Source: Parcubacteria group bacterium (GTDB lineage Bacteria; Patescibacteriota; Minisyncoccia; Phycocordibacterales; UBA2135). From it: DNA of 43,007 nt. The stretch lies in assembly GCA_016176785.1 (NCBI GenBank), contig JACOWN010000011.1:1-43007 (forward strand), written 5' to 3'. This document shows, piece after piece, positions 34,206-43,007 of the stretch; position 1 is the stretch's first letter, and the number at the start of each line of letters is the position of its first letter. Made by a program: the position numbers and the translations under genes. The notes under the pieces are model-generated. The model saw only the letters and a list, made by a program, of their open reading frames with translations. It made no database searches and was not told the origin of the DNA.

Positions 34206-34476
34206 AGGAGTTTCTTTTACAATTTTTGCATGTCTTATACTGTCCATTATAGTGGCGCTGGTATGTCTGTCTAATTGACTAGGTTTTCGCGGTGTATTCA
34301 AGATTGTTTTTATGTGTTTCTAAGGCGGCGTGTAAGTCGCTGTTCCGGAGAATTTTGGGGTTGTGCGGCTCAAGGCGTGCGAAACGGATTCCGCACGCGT
34401 TCTCCTCCGGCGCTTCCTGCCCAGCGCGCCGCCTCTTCGCCGTTTGTTTTTTGTTTTATGTTAAAATGAATATGTT

Positions 34477-36798
34477 ATGGCGCGGAAAAGAAAAAAGTAT
34501 GAAGAAGACGCGGAAGAAGAGGTTCGTATTTTCTTTAGCATGAAGGAGGAAACGCGACACTGGATCCTTTCCGTCGCTTCTTTTGCGGGCGCCGCTTTTT
34601 TTCTATTGGCGGCATTCGCGCAAGCTGGGGTTGCCGGAAACCAGATGTATGAGTTCCTGGCGCGCATTCTGGGTATCGGCTACTACCTCGTACCGGCCGT
34701 CTTTTTAATCCTCGGCACCGCGCTCATCAGGACGCAAAAGACCACGCTGGTGTGGACATCGCTCATCGGCGCGATGCTGCTTTTTTTGTCGGGGCTCGGC
34801 CTCCTCGCTCTCCTGCGGGACGCGGGAGGGATGCTCGGAGCGGCGTTAAACAAACCCCTGCTTTCGTTTTTTGATTTTTATGCGACGCTTGTGATCCTCG
34901 GCGCGGTCCTCGTTATCGCGCTTCTTATGATCTTTGACGCGACGCCGTCGTTTGCGTGGTTGTCCGCGCTTGGAGAATATGTGAGGGGCATGCGAGGAAA
35001 ACGCGACGACGAACTCTCCTCGGGAACGACCATTGACGGCATCCTCTCCGAAGAAACGGGACCCAGCGATGCAGAGGCGCCGGAAGACACCGGCGCAGAA
35101 CCCGTCAGCCAGAACGCGATCTCGGACAGAGGAGAGGATGCCGCGACTCCCGTCCTTGCGGGACTCAATCCGTTCACCCGGCAATCGAAGCGCCCCCCGC
35201 ACACGCTCCTCTACGCCAATTACGCCCCGCCTCCGCTGTCGCTTTACGAAAAAGATCGCGGAAAGCCGGGGGTCGGCGACATAAAAGCAAACGCGAACAT
35301 CATCCGGCGCACGCTCCAGAACTTCGGCATCAGCGTTGAAATGGACGAAATATCGGTGGGGCCATCCGTCACGCGGTACGCGCTCAAGCCGGCGCAGGGA
35401 ATCAAATTGTCCCGCATCGTCGGTCTTCAGAACGACCTTGCGCTTGCGCTTGCCGCCCATCCCATCAGAATAGAGGCGCCCATTCCCGGTCGTTCGCTCG
35501 TCGGCATTGAAATCCCCAACACCGCGAAGACCACCGTCGGTCTTGCGACGATCTTGGCGGAAGATGATTTCGCCCGCGCGGCACGGCCGCTTACGGTCTC
35601 GCTCGGCCGCAATGTTACCGGCAAGCCGCATTTCGGCGATCTGGGGAAAATGCCGCACCTTTTGATCGCGGGAGCGACCGGTTCGGGCAAGTCGGTCGCC
35701 ATTCACGCAATCATTGCGTCGCTTCTCCAGCGCAATTCGCCGGAGAATCTCCGGTTTATCATGATTGACCCGAAACGCGTTGAGCTCACGCTCTATAAAC
35801 CGATTCCCCACCTTTTGACGCCGGTCATCACTGAAGCGAAAAAGGCGATCCTTGCGCTTAAATGGGCCGCCAAAGAAATGGAGCGGCGGTACGATATTTT
35901 GGAAACGGAGTCGGTGCGCGATATCGAGTCGTACCACGCTACTGTCGTTGAACCGGCATATGAAAAGGAGCGCCGCCGCACGCGCGACGCGGGCGATGCG
36001 GAGGGCAAAGATGTCTCGTTGCCGGAACGGATGCCGTATATCGCCGTCGTCATGGACGAATTGGCGGATATTATGAGCGCCTACCCGCGCGAGCTTGAAG
36101 CGGCCATCGTGCGCCTTGCGCAAATGTCGCGCGCCGTCGGCATCCACCTCATCCTTTCCACACAGCGCCCGTCCGTCAATGTCATCACCGGTCTTATCAA
36201 AGCGAATATCCCGACGCGCATGGCGTTCCAAGTCGCGTCACAAACCGACTCGCGGACCATCCTTGACATGGGCGGAGCGGAAAAACTTCTCGGCGCGGGC
36301 GACATGCTCTATTTGTCCGGAGAAATGTCAAAACCGGTTCGTTTGCAGTCCGCCTTTGTCTCCGAAGACGAGATAAAGCGCATCGTGAAATTCATAGAAA
36401 AAAACACCCCGAACGCGCTTGCTGACGATTTCAGTTTTGCTTCCGCGGAGGAAAACGGCGCATCGCTTCTTGAGTCAATGGCGGCAAACGAGGATGAGGA
36501 TGGCGATGAGTTATACGAAGAAGCCCGCGAGACGGTCGCCGCTGCGCGCAAGGCGTCAACAACATTCCTCCAGCGGAAGCTTCGCGTCGGATACGCGCGC
36601 GCGGCGCGTTTGATGGACCTTCTGGAAGAACGCGGCGTGGTCGGCCCCGCAGACGGCGCGCGGTCACGCGAGGTGCTTATCGGCAAAGACGAGGGGTACG
36701 GCGAGCCCGCGACACCTCCCGACGAATATGGCTCCGTCCCTCGCGACGAGCGGCGGGGGTCATCCGAGGAAGATACGGAACGCAACGCGGACCTTTAA
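34477..36798 (+). CDS. ftsK: DNA translocase FtsK/SpoIIIE
   Basis: 4 TM N-terminus, RIEAPIPG, HLLIAGATGSGKS, DELAD, TQRPS, gamma domain LQRKLRVGYARAARL. Confidence 0.97.
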   Translation: MARKRKKYEEDAEEEVRIFFSMKEETRHWILSVASFAGAAFFLLAAFAQAGVAGNQMYEFLARILGIGYYLVPAVFLILGTALIRTQKTTLVWTSLIGAMLLFLSGLGLLALLRDAGGMLGAALNKPLLSFFDFYATLVILGAVLVIALLMIFDATPSFAWLSALGEYVRGMRGKRDDELSSGTTIDGILSEETGPSDAEAPEDTGAEPVSQNAISDRGEDAATPVLAGLNPFTRQSKRPPHTLLYANYAPPPLSLYEKDRGKPGVGDIKANANIIRRTLQNFGISVEMDEISVGPSVTRYALKPAQGIKLSRIVGLQNDLALALAAHPIRIEAPIPGRSLVGIEIPNTAKTTVGLATILAEDDFARAARPLTVSLGRNVTGKPHFGDLGKMPHLLIAGATGSGKSVAIHAIIASLLQRNSPENLRFIMIDPKRVELTLYKPIPHLLTPVITEAKKAILALKWAAKEMERRYDILETESVRDIESYHATVVEPAYEKERRRTRDAGDAEGKDVSLPERMPYIAVVMDELADIMSAYPRELEAAIVRLAQMSRAVGIHLILSTQRPSVNVITGLIKANIPTRMAFQVASQTDSRTILDMGGAEKLLGAGDMLYLSGEMSKPVRLQSAFVSEDEIKRIVKFIEKNTPNALADDFSFASAEENGASLLESMAANEDEDGDELYEEARETVAAARKASTTFLQRKLRVGYARAARLMDLLEERGVVGPADGARSREVLIGKDEGYGEPATPPDEYGSVPRDERRGSSEEDTERNADL

Positions 36799-36816
36799 GC
36801 ATTGCCTTCCGCTTGT

Positions 36817-37167
36817 ATGCACGCCGCACCGTATGCACTGCGCATCAAAATGGGAATCGCCGCAATTGCGGCGATCATCGTCTTTGGCTATGCTTACAAC
36901 AGGTCGTATGCGCTCATTGCGGGACCGCAGATTGAAATCTCTTTTCCGCCGGACGGCGCAACGCTCAATGAATCGCTCGTCACAATCACGGGACGAGCGA
37001 CGAACATTACCGCGCTCACTTTGAATGGCCGCGAGATCTCGGTTGCGCAAAACGGGCGCGTGAGCGAGACGGTACTTCTTTCATACGGTTATAATGTCAT
37101 CACATTCCGCGCGCGGGACCGCTTCGGACGAAATGCGGCGGCGGTTCGGCATGTGGTGTATAAGTAA
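36817..37167 (+). CDS. Membrane-anchored small Ig-like protein
   Basis: TM helix, [35 protein letters not shown]. Confidence 0.75.
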   Translation: MHAAPYALRIKMGIAAIAAIIVFGYAYNRSYALIAGPQIEISFPPDGATLNESLVTITGRATNITALTLNGREISVAQNGRVSETVLLSYGYNVITFRARDRFGRNAAAVRHVVYK

Positions 37168-37196
37168 ATGGTCGTCAGATACGCATTTCATTTGCT

Positions 37197-38198
37197 ATGC
37201 CCCAAAAAATAAAAAAAGACGAGACGGGACTTGAAGACACGCTGAAACTGATCCAAACAAAATTCGGCGAAGGCGCCATTATGAAGCTCGGCGAACATCC
37301 GCGCGTTGACATCAACGCCGTTTCAACGGGTTCGATTGGCCTTGACGCCGCGCTCGGTGTCGGCGGTCTTCCCCGCGGGCGCATTATAGAAATCTTCGGC
37401 CCCGAATCATCCGGCAAAACAACGCTCGCGCTCCACTGCGTCGCCGAAGCCCAAAAACAAAACGGCATCTGCGCCTTTATTGACGCCGAGCACGCGCTTG
37501 ACCCGGAATACGCGAAAAGGGTCGGCGTCAAAACGGGGGATCTTTTGATATCGCAGCCCGACACCGGAGAACAGGCGCTTGAGATTACTGAGAGTTTGGT
37601 CCGCTCCGGCAAGGTGGATGTCATCGTGATTGACTCTGTCGCCGCGCTCACGCCGAAAGACGAGATTGAAGGGGAAATGGGCGCCCAGCACGTCGGCAAA
37701 CAGGCGCGCCTCATGTCTCAAGCGCTCCGCAAACTTACGGCGATCACCGCAAAAAGCAAAACGATAATTGTCTTCATCAACCAGATACGGATGCAGATCG
37801 GGGTTATGTTCGGAAATCCGGAAACCACGCCGGGCGGCAAGGCGCTCAAATTCTACACATCGGTGCGCATTGACATGAGACGTATCGCGCAAATTAAAAA
37901 GGGGGACGAGGTCATCGGCGCGCGTCATCGGGCGAAAGTGGTGAAAAACAAAGTCGCCGCTCCGTTCCGCGTGGCTGAGTTTGACATGATGTACGGCGAA
38001 GGCATATCGCGGGAGGGAGAACTTCTTGCGCTCGGCGAGAAATTCGGCGTGGTGAACAAATCGGGAAGCGCGTATGCGTTCGGAGAGGAGAAACTGGGAC
38101 GGGGGTACGATGCGGCGCGACAATTTCTCCACGACAACGCGCCGGTGCAAAAAGAGCTGTTGAAAAAAATACGGGCGTTGCTTGAGGTAAAACATTGA
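37197..38198 (+). CDS. recA: Recombinase RecA
   Basis: [41 protein letters not shown]. Confidence 0.98.
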   Translation: MPQKIKKDETGLEDTLKLIQTKFGEGAIMKLGEHPRVDINAVSTGSIGLDAALGVGGLPRGRIIEIFGPESSGKTTLALHCVAEAQKQNGICAFIDAEHALDPEYAKRVGVKTGDLLISQPDTGEQALEITESLVRSGKVDVIVIDSVAALTPKDEIEGEMGAQHVGKQARLMSQALRKLTAITAKSKTIIVFINQIRMQIGVMFGNPETTPGGKALKFYTSVRIDMRRIAQIKKGDEVIGARHRAKVVKNKVAAPFRVAEFDMMYGEGISREGELLALGEKFGVVNKSGSAYAFGEEKLGRGYDAARQFLHDNAPVQKELLKKIRALLEVKH

Positions 38199-38216
38199 AA
38201 CGGCGGTCTTTCGGAA

Positions 38217-38260
38217 TAAACAAAACTCGTTCCGCGTGCCGGCGGGACGAGTTTTGTTTA
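38217..38260. terminator. Bidirectional terminator
   Basis: TAAACAAAACTCGT...ACGAGTTTTGTTTA between convergent genes. Confidence 0.75.
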
Positions 38261-38292
38261 TTACAATTAGGCAATACGCGAGGAACTGCGGA

Positions 38293-38625
38293 TTACATCC
38301 GAACAGCGAGCGGCGAGCGCGAGAAAAGACGGCGCGTTGCGACATCACGGACGAACCAGATGCCCACCATTACCACAAGCAGCGAGAGCAAGTATGTCGT
38401 GAGTTCGGTGTTGGCGAGAGCCGATTCAAAAAACGCATAATTCGCGTTCAATCCGTGCGCAGCCTCCTGCCAGTTCGTGTATACCGACGCAAATGAAACA
38501 TGCGCCGACATCTGCCAGAACAAAACCGCTACGATCGCGCCTTTCACGGTGGCGCTCTGCGCAAGCCGCCTCACCAACCAAATGAGGTATACCTTGCGCA
38601 TGATTTGTTGTGATATCTGTGACAT
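38293..38625 (-). CDS. Small membrane protein downstream of ECF sigma (possible anti-sigma)
   Basis: Two TM segments; position directly after the sigma gene. Confidence 0.7.
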   Translation of the reverse strand: MSQISQQIMRKVYLIWLVRRLAQSATVKGAIVAVLFWQMSAHVSFASVYTNWQEAAHGLNANYAFFESALANTELTTYLLSLLVVMVGIWFVRDVATRRLFSRSPLAVRM

Positions 38626-38660
38626 AAAAAATATGAAAACGAAACGGCGTTGCTAATTAT

Positions 38661-39257
38661 TTACGACGAGTCGGCGATGCGCGCTTCTATCTTTTTGAAC
38701 TCCTTTTTCGCGCGGTGGATGCGCGTCTTCACGGCCGAGATGGAAACGCCTTCAAGCGCGGCAATCTCTTTCTGCGGCATGCCGTCAATGAAGTGAAGTT
38801 TGAGCGCGCGTGAAAGTGCGGCCGGCATGCGGACGAGCACGGAGGCGACGAAGTCGATCGTCTCCTTCTTCGGTTCCGTCGTATCCGGCAGAGATTCGTA
38901 AAATTCGGTATCTATATCGACGAGCGCCTCCCCATCTTTCTTTAACTTCTGGTAGTAGGTAAAGGTTGTATTCATGAGGATTTTATATCCCCACGACTTA
39001 AACGAAGCCCCCTCCTGCACCTCAAACCGCGCGGCGTTCATATAAATCTTCAGGAAGGTCTCTTGCACGATATCGTCAACTTCGTCTCGGTTGCCGACGA
39101 TGCCCCGCACCTTGTTCCGAAACGGGCCCTCGTACCGCCTGACGATCTCTTCAAAAAGCGAGGGGGAAGAAACCGACGCAAAGAGCACTTCCTCGTCACG
39201 CAAGGAAGCCGGCGGCGTCTCATCGTCGAGGAGTCGTCGTTTTTTTGATGGCGACAT
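38661..39257 (-). CDS. ECF-type RNA polymerase sigma factor
   Basis: FEEIVRRYE, DDIVQETFLKIY, SFKSWGYKI, EIAALEGVSISAVKTRIHRAK. Confidence 0.92.
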   Translation of the reverse strand: MSPSKKRRLLDDETPPASLRDEEVLFASVSSPSLFEEIVRRYEGPFRNKVRGIVGNRDEVDDIVQETFLKIYMNAARFEVQEGASFKSWGYKILMNTTFTYYQKLKKDGEALVDIDTEFYESLPDTTEPKKETIDFVASVLVRMPAALSRALKLHFIDGMPQKEIAALEGVSISAVKTRIHRAKKEFKKIEARIADSS

Positions 39258-39483
39258 AGGATGTTGCTATACGAGTACCATACCACGCACGGCGCATTCT
39301 TTCAACCGTCGGGGCAGTTTTGCCGAATTGCATCTCTGCGTATGAGAACGCGCGCAAGAACGGGAAGATTTCCAGAAAACAGAGCGTAACGCTTCAACAT
39401 AAAAAAGTCAATGGCCTTCGCCGCGCGGGTTGCGAAGACGCTTATTTTTGCTATGCTTTGCACCAGACCTCGGGAGGCAAACA

Positions 39484-40056
39484 ATGATGGCGCGGTTCTG
39501 TCTGCTGCGCGTTTGTTTCGTTTGTTTTTCCGCCATCCTTGCAAGCGGCTGCGGCGCCATCACCCCTTCGCGCTCGGAGTTTACCGGAGCAACCCAGGAA
39601 ACGATCGACCGCGCGCGCGTTACCTTGATCGGCTCATCGTCCGAGTCGCTTGAGAAACGCGGCATTTCGGCGGATACGCCGGGCGTGCGGGAGATCCCTT
39701 ATACCTCCATCCCGGCGGCAATTCTGGGAGAGCGCCTCGCGGCATCGTACAAAGAGCTCCTGACGAGCGAAACGCGAGCGTGCCTGGACCTGAAAAAGCG
39801 GTGCCGTGCGTATGTCGTTGAACGCCGCATGCGCGCGCTTGACAACATCGCTTCCACCATACCGCGTCTTTTAAACATTAAAGACCATTACGTCGGCGAA
39901 GAAGAACACGAATTGGTCATTTTGATAATTGAGGACGACATCGTCGTTGACGCATTCATAACGCCGCACTCAAGAAAGCCGATCGAAACGAAGGACAGCG
40001 ACTGGCTCCGGCCATTCAAGGGCGTCACCAATTTGCGGGGACTCACAAACTTTTAG
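39484..40056 (+). CDS. Hypothetical lipoprotein
   Basis: Lipobox LASGC after a hydrophobic stretch; followed by a hairpin at 40062-40080. Confidence 0.7.
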   Translation: MMARFCLLRVCFVCFSAILASGCGAITPSRSEFTGATQETIDRARVTLIGSSSESLEKRGISADTPGVREIPYTSIPAAILGERLAASYKELLTSETRACLDLKKRCRAYVVERRMRALDNIASTIPRLLNIKDHYVGEEEHELVILIIEDDIVVDAFITPHSRKPIETKDSDWLRPFKGVTNLRGLTNF

Positions 40057-40108
40057 ACAACAAGCCACCGCCGGTGGCTTTTTGATGCGTGCGCGCACAT
40101 ACGGTGCC

Positions 40109-40291
40109 TTATTTTGAAAGATACGGCAAAAGTCCCATGAAGCGCGCGTTCTTCACCGCTTGCGCGATGGTGCGCTGGTTTTTTGCCGAAACGCCCGTTA
40201 TTCTGCGCGGCAAAAGACGCCCGTGCTGGTCAAGAAACTTCTTGAGTGTCTCGGTGTCCTTGTAATCAATGTGTTTGTCGCTTCGTATCAT
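40109..40291 (-). CDS. rpsR: 30S ribosomal protein bS18 (short)
   Basis: IDYKD...LKKFL...LPRRITG...QR.IA.AVKNARFMGLLPY. Confidence 0.95.
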   Translation of the reverse strand: MIRSDKHIDYKDTETLKKFLDQHGRLLPRRITGVSAKNQRTIAQAVKNARFMGLLPYLSK

Positions 40292-40349
40292 GGATAGTAC
40301 GGGGTGGCGAGGTTTTGCAAAAACGCCCGCGCGCCTTTCGCTTTACGCA

Positions 40350-40802
40350 TTAAAACGGAATGTCTTCCGGATTAACATCCTCCGCCGGATATTCAATGGT
40401 ATCAAGTTTTTCCTCTTTCGGCGCCTCAGAATCCGCCGGCGGCCGACGATTGTCGCCCTGCTCGCCTCCTCGTGCGCTCCGCGGCCCCAGTTGGATGCGG
40501 TCGGCGACGATCTCGGTCCGATACCGCTTTGCGCCGCTCTGGTCATCCCAGCTGCGCGTCTGGAGCCGCCCCTCAACGAGCACGGAGCTTCCTTTTTTCA
40601 AATACTGCGAGGCAATCTCCGCCTGCCGCCCGAAGGCGACAATGTTGTGGAACTCGGTTTGGTCCTGCTTATTGCCGCTCTGGTCGCGCCATACGCGGTT
40701 CGTCGCGACGCCAAAACTCGTAACGGCGCGTCCCGACGGCAACGAACGCAATTCGGGGTCGCGCGTCAAATTTCCCAAAATAAACACCTTATTGAGATAC
40801 AT
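40350..40802 (-). CDS. ssb: Single-stranded DNA-binding protein
   Basis: NKVFILGNLTRDPELR, VEGRLQTRSW, C-terminal EDIPF. Confidence 0.97.
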   Translation of the reverse strand: MYLNKVFILGNLTRDPELRSLPSGRAVTSFGVATNRVWRDQSGNKQDQTEFHNIVAFGRQAEIASQYLKKGSSVLVEGRLQTRSWDDQSGAKRYRTEIVADRIQLGPRSARGGEQGDNRRPPADSEAPKEEKLDTIEYPAEDVNPEDIPF

Positions 40803-40831
40803 AGCGTAAAGTGTGGCTAATGGGCGAATAA

Positions 40832-41389
40832 TTATTCAACAACGAGCCCCTCAATCGTCTTATCAATATCCTCTTCTTTCAGCGAGGGGAGTGTCGCGCG
40901 CCGCTCACGCGGCTCGTCTCCCCGCTGGCTCGCGGACGTTCGCGATAAAAATGCCATGGTACGCGGCGCCATTATCGGTTTTGTGAGCGTCGCGTGCGTG
41001 ATAAGGAAGCGAAGAACTTTTTCGTTCGCGGCGAGCGCGGCGCGGAATGCCGCAATGTTCGCGGGCGGCATTTTAAACTTTATCCATCCAAAATATGCGG
41101 AGGCATATTGCACGCGTGTTTCCGCGCCGCGCTTGAACGCGGGCACAAATGCGATGGGAAACGCAAGCCGGACGACGCGCGGCATTTCATCGGATACGAC
41201 AAGACCGCCAAGTTTTTCCAGCTCGTCCTTCACGAGAGTCACTTCGGCGCCGATCCCCTCCTCGCCGACCGTGGGCACGATGTGGTACCCGAGTTCATAG
41301 AGCCGCGGTTCGGCTTCGGGGGCGTCATCGTTCGGATTAAACGCCTCCACAGATTCCTTATCCGTGTGCGCCGTTTCTTCGGTAATCAT
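40832..41389 (-). CDS. rpsF: 30S ribosomal protein bS6 with terminal extensions
   Basis: YELGYHIVP, RLAFPI, AYFGWIKF, VLRFLI; rpsF-ssb-rpsR order. Confidence 0.9.
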   Translation of the reverse strand: MITEETAHTDKESVEAFNPNDDAPEAEPRLYELGYHIVPTVGEEGIGAEVTLVKDELEKLGGLVVSDEMPRVVRLAFPIAFVPAFKRGAETRVQYASAYFGWIKFKMPPANIAAFRAALAANEKVLRFLITHATLTKPIMAPRTMAFLSRTSASQRGDEPRERRATLPSLKEEDIDKTIEGLVVE

Positions 41390-41396
41390 GGCGGAC

Positions 41397-41425
41397 ATGG
41401 TAGCAAAAGCGCGGCGCAAAGTCAA
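41397..41425 (-). promoter_or_regulatory. rpsF promoter, leaderless geometry
   Basis: TTGACT-17-TACCAT with extended TG, 7 nt before ATG. Confidence 0.7.
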
Positions 41426-41439
41426 AATGAGCGGGCCCG

Positions 41440-42246
41440 TTACGCGATCCGAAAAAGCTTCATCGCGTTGCGCACGAGATTCGCCGCAACGTCTTCCGCC
41501 GCCCCGCCGCGAACCGCCGCAATGCGCTCAACCACCTTACCGACGTAGATCGGCTCGTTCCGTTTTCCGCGGTAGGGCGCAGGAGCGGCAAATGGCGAAT
41601 CTGTTTCCGGAAGAATCATGTCAAGCGGCGCGGAGCGTATGACTTCGTCGTAATCGCGCGCGAAAGTGATCGGGCCGGCAAACGAGAGCATGAATCCCAT
41701 TTCAAGAAACTGCCGCGCCACCTCAAGAGAACCCGCAAAAAAATGCGAAGTGCCGCGGAGTTTTTCTCCCGCCGCGCGCGCATGCGCGCGAAGCATGAGA
41801 AGCGCGTCGTCGTACGCGTCGTGGCTTCCTTTTGAACTCCGTATGTGGAGCATAAGCGGGAGGTCGTGCTCAACGGCGAAATCAATCTGTTGCTCAAACG
41901 CGTCTTTTTGTTTCCGCTTTGCCTCGGCATCCGTGCTCGCAATGCGAAAATAATCAAGACCGCATTCGCCGACGCCGACAACGCGCTCTCGGTGCACGAG
42001 GGCGTGATATAGTTTCTCATCAAAAACTTGCGTTGCCGTCTCCGAAGGATGAAGACCGACTGTCGCGAAGATACCCTCGCTCCACAGAGAAATCGCCTCA
42101 ACCGCTTCGGCGGAATCCGCCTCATCCGTCCCGACGACGATTGCCCAAACCCCCGCGCCTTTCATTCGTTCAATCACGTCAAAGCGGTCTTTGTCGTAAG
42201 AAGAGAATTGCAGGTGGCAATGCGTATCAATATATTTTGGGTTCAT
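41440..42246 (-). CDS. tatD: TatD family hydrolase
   Basis: IDTHCHL, GLHP, GECGLDY, LHIR, HFF, ETDSPF, GKRNEP. Confidence 0.95.
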   Translation of the reverse strand: MNPKYIDTHCHLQFSSYDKDRFDVIERMKGAGVWAIVVGTDEADSAEAVEAISLWSEGIFATVGLHPSETATQVFDEKLYHALVHRERVVGVGECGLDYFRIASTDAEAKRKQKDAFEQQIDFAVEHDLPLMLHIRSSKGSHDAYDDALLMLRAHARAAGEKLRGTSHFFAGSLEVARQFLEMGFMLSFAGPITFARDYDEVIRSAPLDMILPETDSPFAAPAPYRGKRNEPIYVGKVVERIAAVRGGAAEDVAANLVRNAMKLFRIA

Positions 42247-42267
42247 GGATGCTTTACCCTCTTTACC

Positions 42268-42292
42268 CTATTCGCTTATTCGTACGAATAAG
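42268..42292. repeat. 25-bp copy of the palindrome core flanking the ArsR gene
   Basis: CTATTCGCTTATTCGTACGAATAAG identical to 42653-42677. Confidence 0.9.
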
Positions 42293-42322
42293 ACATACTG
42301 CTTCAAAATGACGGCCGGCAAT

Positions 42323-42583
42323 CTACAGAGTTTTGATGAGGGCGTGGAAAATCCGTGTTCGTGGTTTTACTAGACGATAAAACATTTGCAGCCCCCTTTG
42401 GTCTTTCTGAACTATGTCCGCGGCCGATAAAACAGAAAGATGCTTTGAGGTTGACCGAAACGAGAGATTGATTTCTTTGGCAATCTCCCCGACTGACGTT
42501 CCGGGCTTCTTTTTGAGATACCTGATGATGGCTAAACGACGCCGGTTCGCCAAAGCCTTTAATGTTCGTTCCAATTCGCGCAT
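42323..42583 (-). CDS. ArsR/SmtB family HTH regulator
   Basis: LKALANRRRLAII...SVGEIA...STSKHLSVL...FYRL; no Cys. Confidence 0.9.
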   Translation of the reverse strand: MRELERTLKALANRRRLAIIRYLKKKPGTSVGEIAKEINLSFRSTSKHLSVLSAADIVQKDQRGLQMFYRLVKPRTRIFHALIKTL

Positions 42584-42643
42584 GTTATTCGGTGTTATAT
42601 GCCCATTATACCAACTCAGGCATTCTTGTCTCCCTTGACCCCC

Positions 42644-42693
42644 CACTCCCAACTATTCGCTTATTCGTACGAATAAGCGAATAGTTGGGAGTG
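42644..42693. repeat. Perfect 50-bp palindrome
   Basis: CACTCCCAACTATTCGCTTATTCGT|ACGAATAAGCGAATAGTTGGGAGTG. Confidence 0.95.
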
Positions 42694-42865
42694 CCGTTAT
42701 GGCCGCCACCATTTAACTTCGAGGGACCGACCGGAAGGGCGTTGCGCTCACGTGCGAGTATCCCGCTGTAAAAAGGAGAGGGGCATGCCCTCTTCGCATC
42801 AAGAAAATATAAAATGAGAGGTGCGTCGGATACAACGGGGTCGTGCCCCGTTTTGTAATACCCCG

Positions 42866-43007
42866 TCATTTTCGAGCAAATAATGTTTCCGGCATTTTGT
42901 TTTCTCCAATCGCCGCTTTGATGGTTGCCGCCGTTTCCGGCATAAAGGGAGTCAGCATGTGAGCAACCTCCATGAGCGCCCCGACGAGGTATACGATATC
43001 GTTCTGC
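42866..43007 (-). CDS. metG: Methionyl-tRNA synthetase, C-terminal end (partial)
   Basis: ...MLTPFMPETAATIKAAIGENKMPETLFARK*; the metG-tatD neighbourhood is common. Confidence 0.75.
   Translation of the reverse strand, partial: QNDIVYLVGALMEVAHMLTPFMPETAATIKAAIGENKMPETLFARK

Noticed and set aside
42700-42715. GCCGCCACCA as a tRNA/tmRNA 3' end
   Set aside because: No T-arm GTTCRA motif upstream.

Overview
Chromosomal segment of a Patescibacteria (CPR, Parcubacteria/OD1-like) bacterium, judged from divergent 16S signatures, split rRNA genes and typical surface-protein clusters; standard genetic code. It carries tRNA-Ile, a stand-alone 16S gene, and a separately promoted 23S-5S unit about 12 kb away. 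Housekeeping genes are pyrD (partial), pdhA/pdhB plus a lipoyl-less E2, secDF, uppP, folD, glyA, rodA, rplJL with L10 leader, ftsK, recA, an ECF sigma factor, rpsF-ssb-rpsR, tatD and metG (partial). There is also a cluster of secreted and peptidoglycan-binding surface proteins. The most striking unexplained system is a REP-associated tyrosine (HUH/Y1) transposase surrounded by 10 copies of the palindrome AAGGAC[C/G]GTCCTT. Every palindrome locus also carries DnaA boxes (12 perfect boxes in the window), including two perfectly inverted 79-bp REP/DnaA-box cassettes. Other notable signals: the 16S lacks the anti-Shine-Dalgarno tail while several genes look leaderless; short-period repeat and hairpin elements are inserted in 16S, 23S, glyA and a tRNA fragment; a motif array lies inside an HTH gene next to ftsK; and an ArsR gene is bracketed by palindromes. 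All calls were made by eye without database searches.
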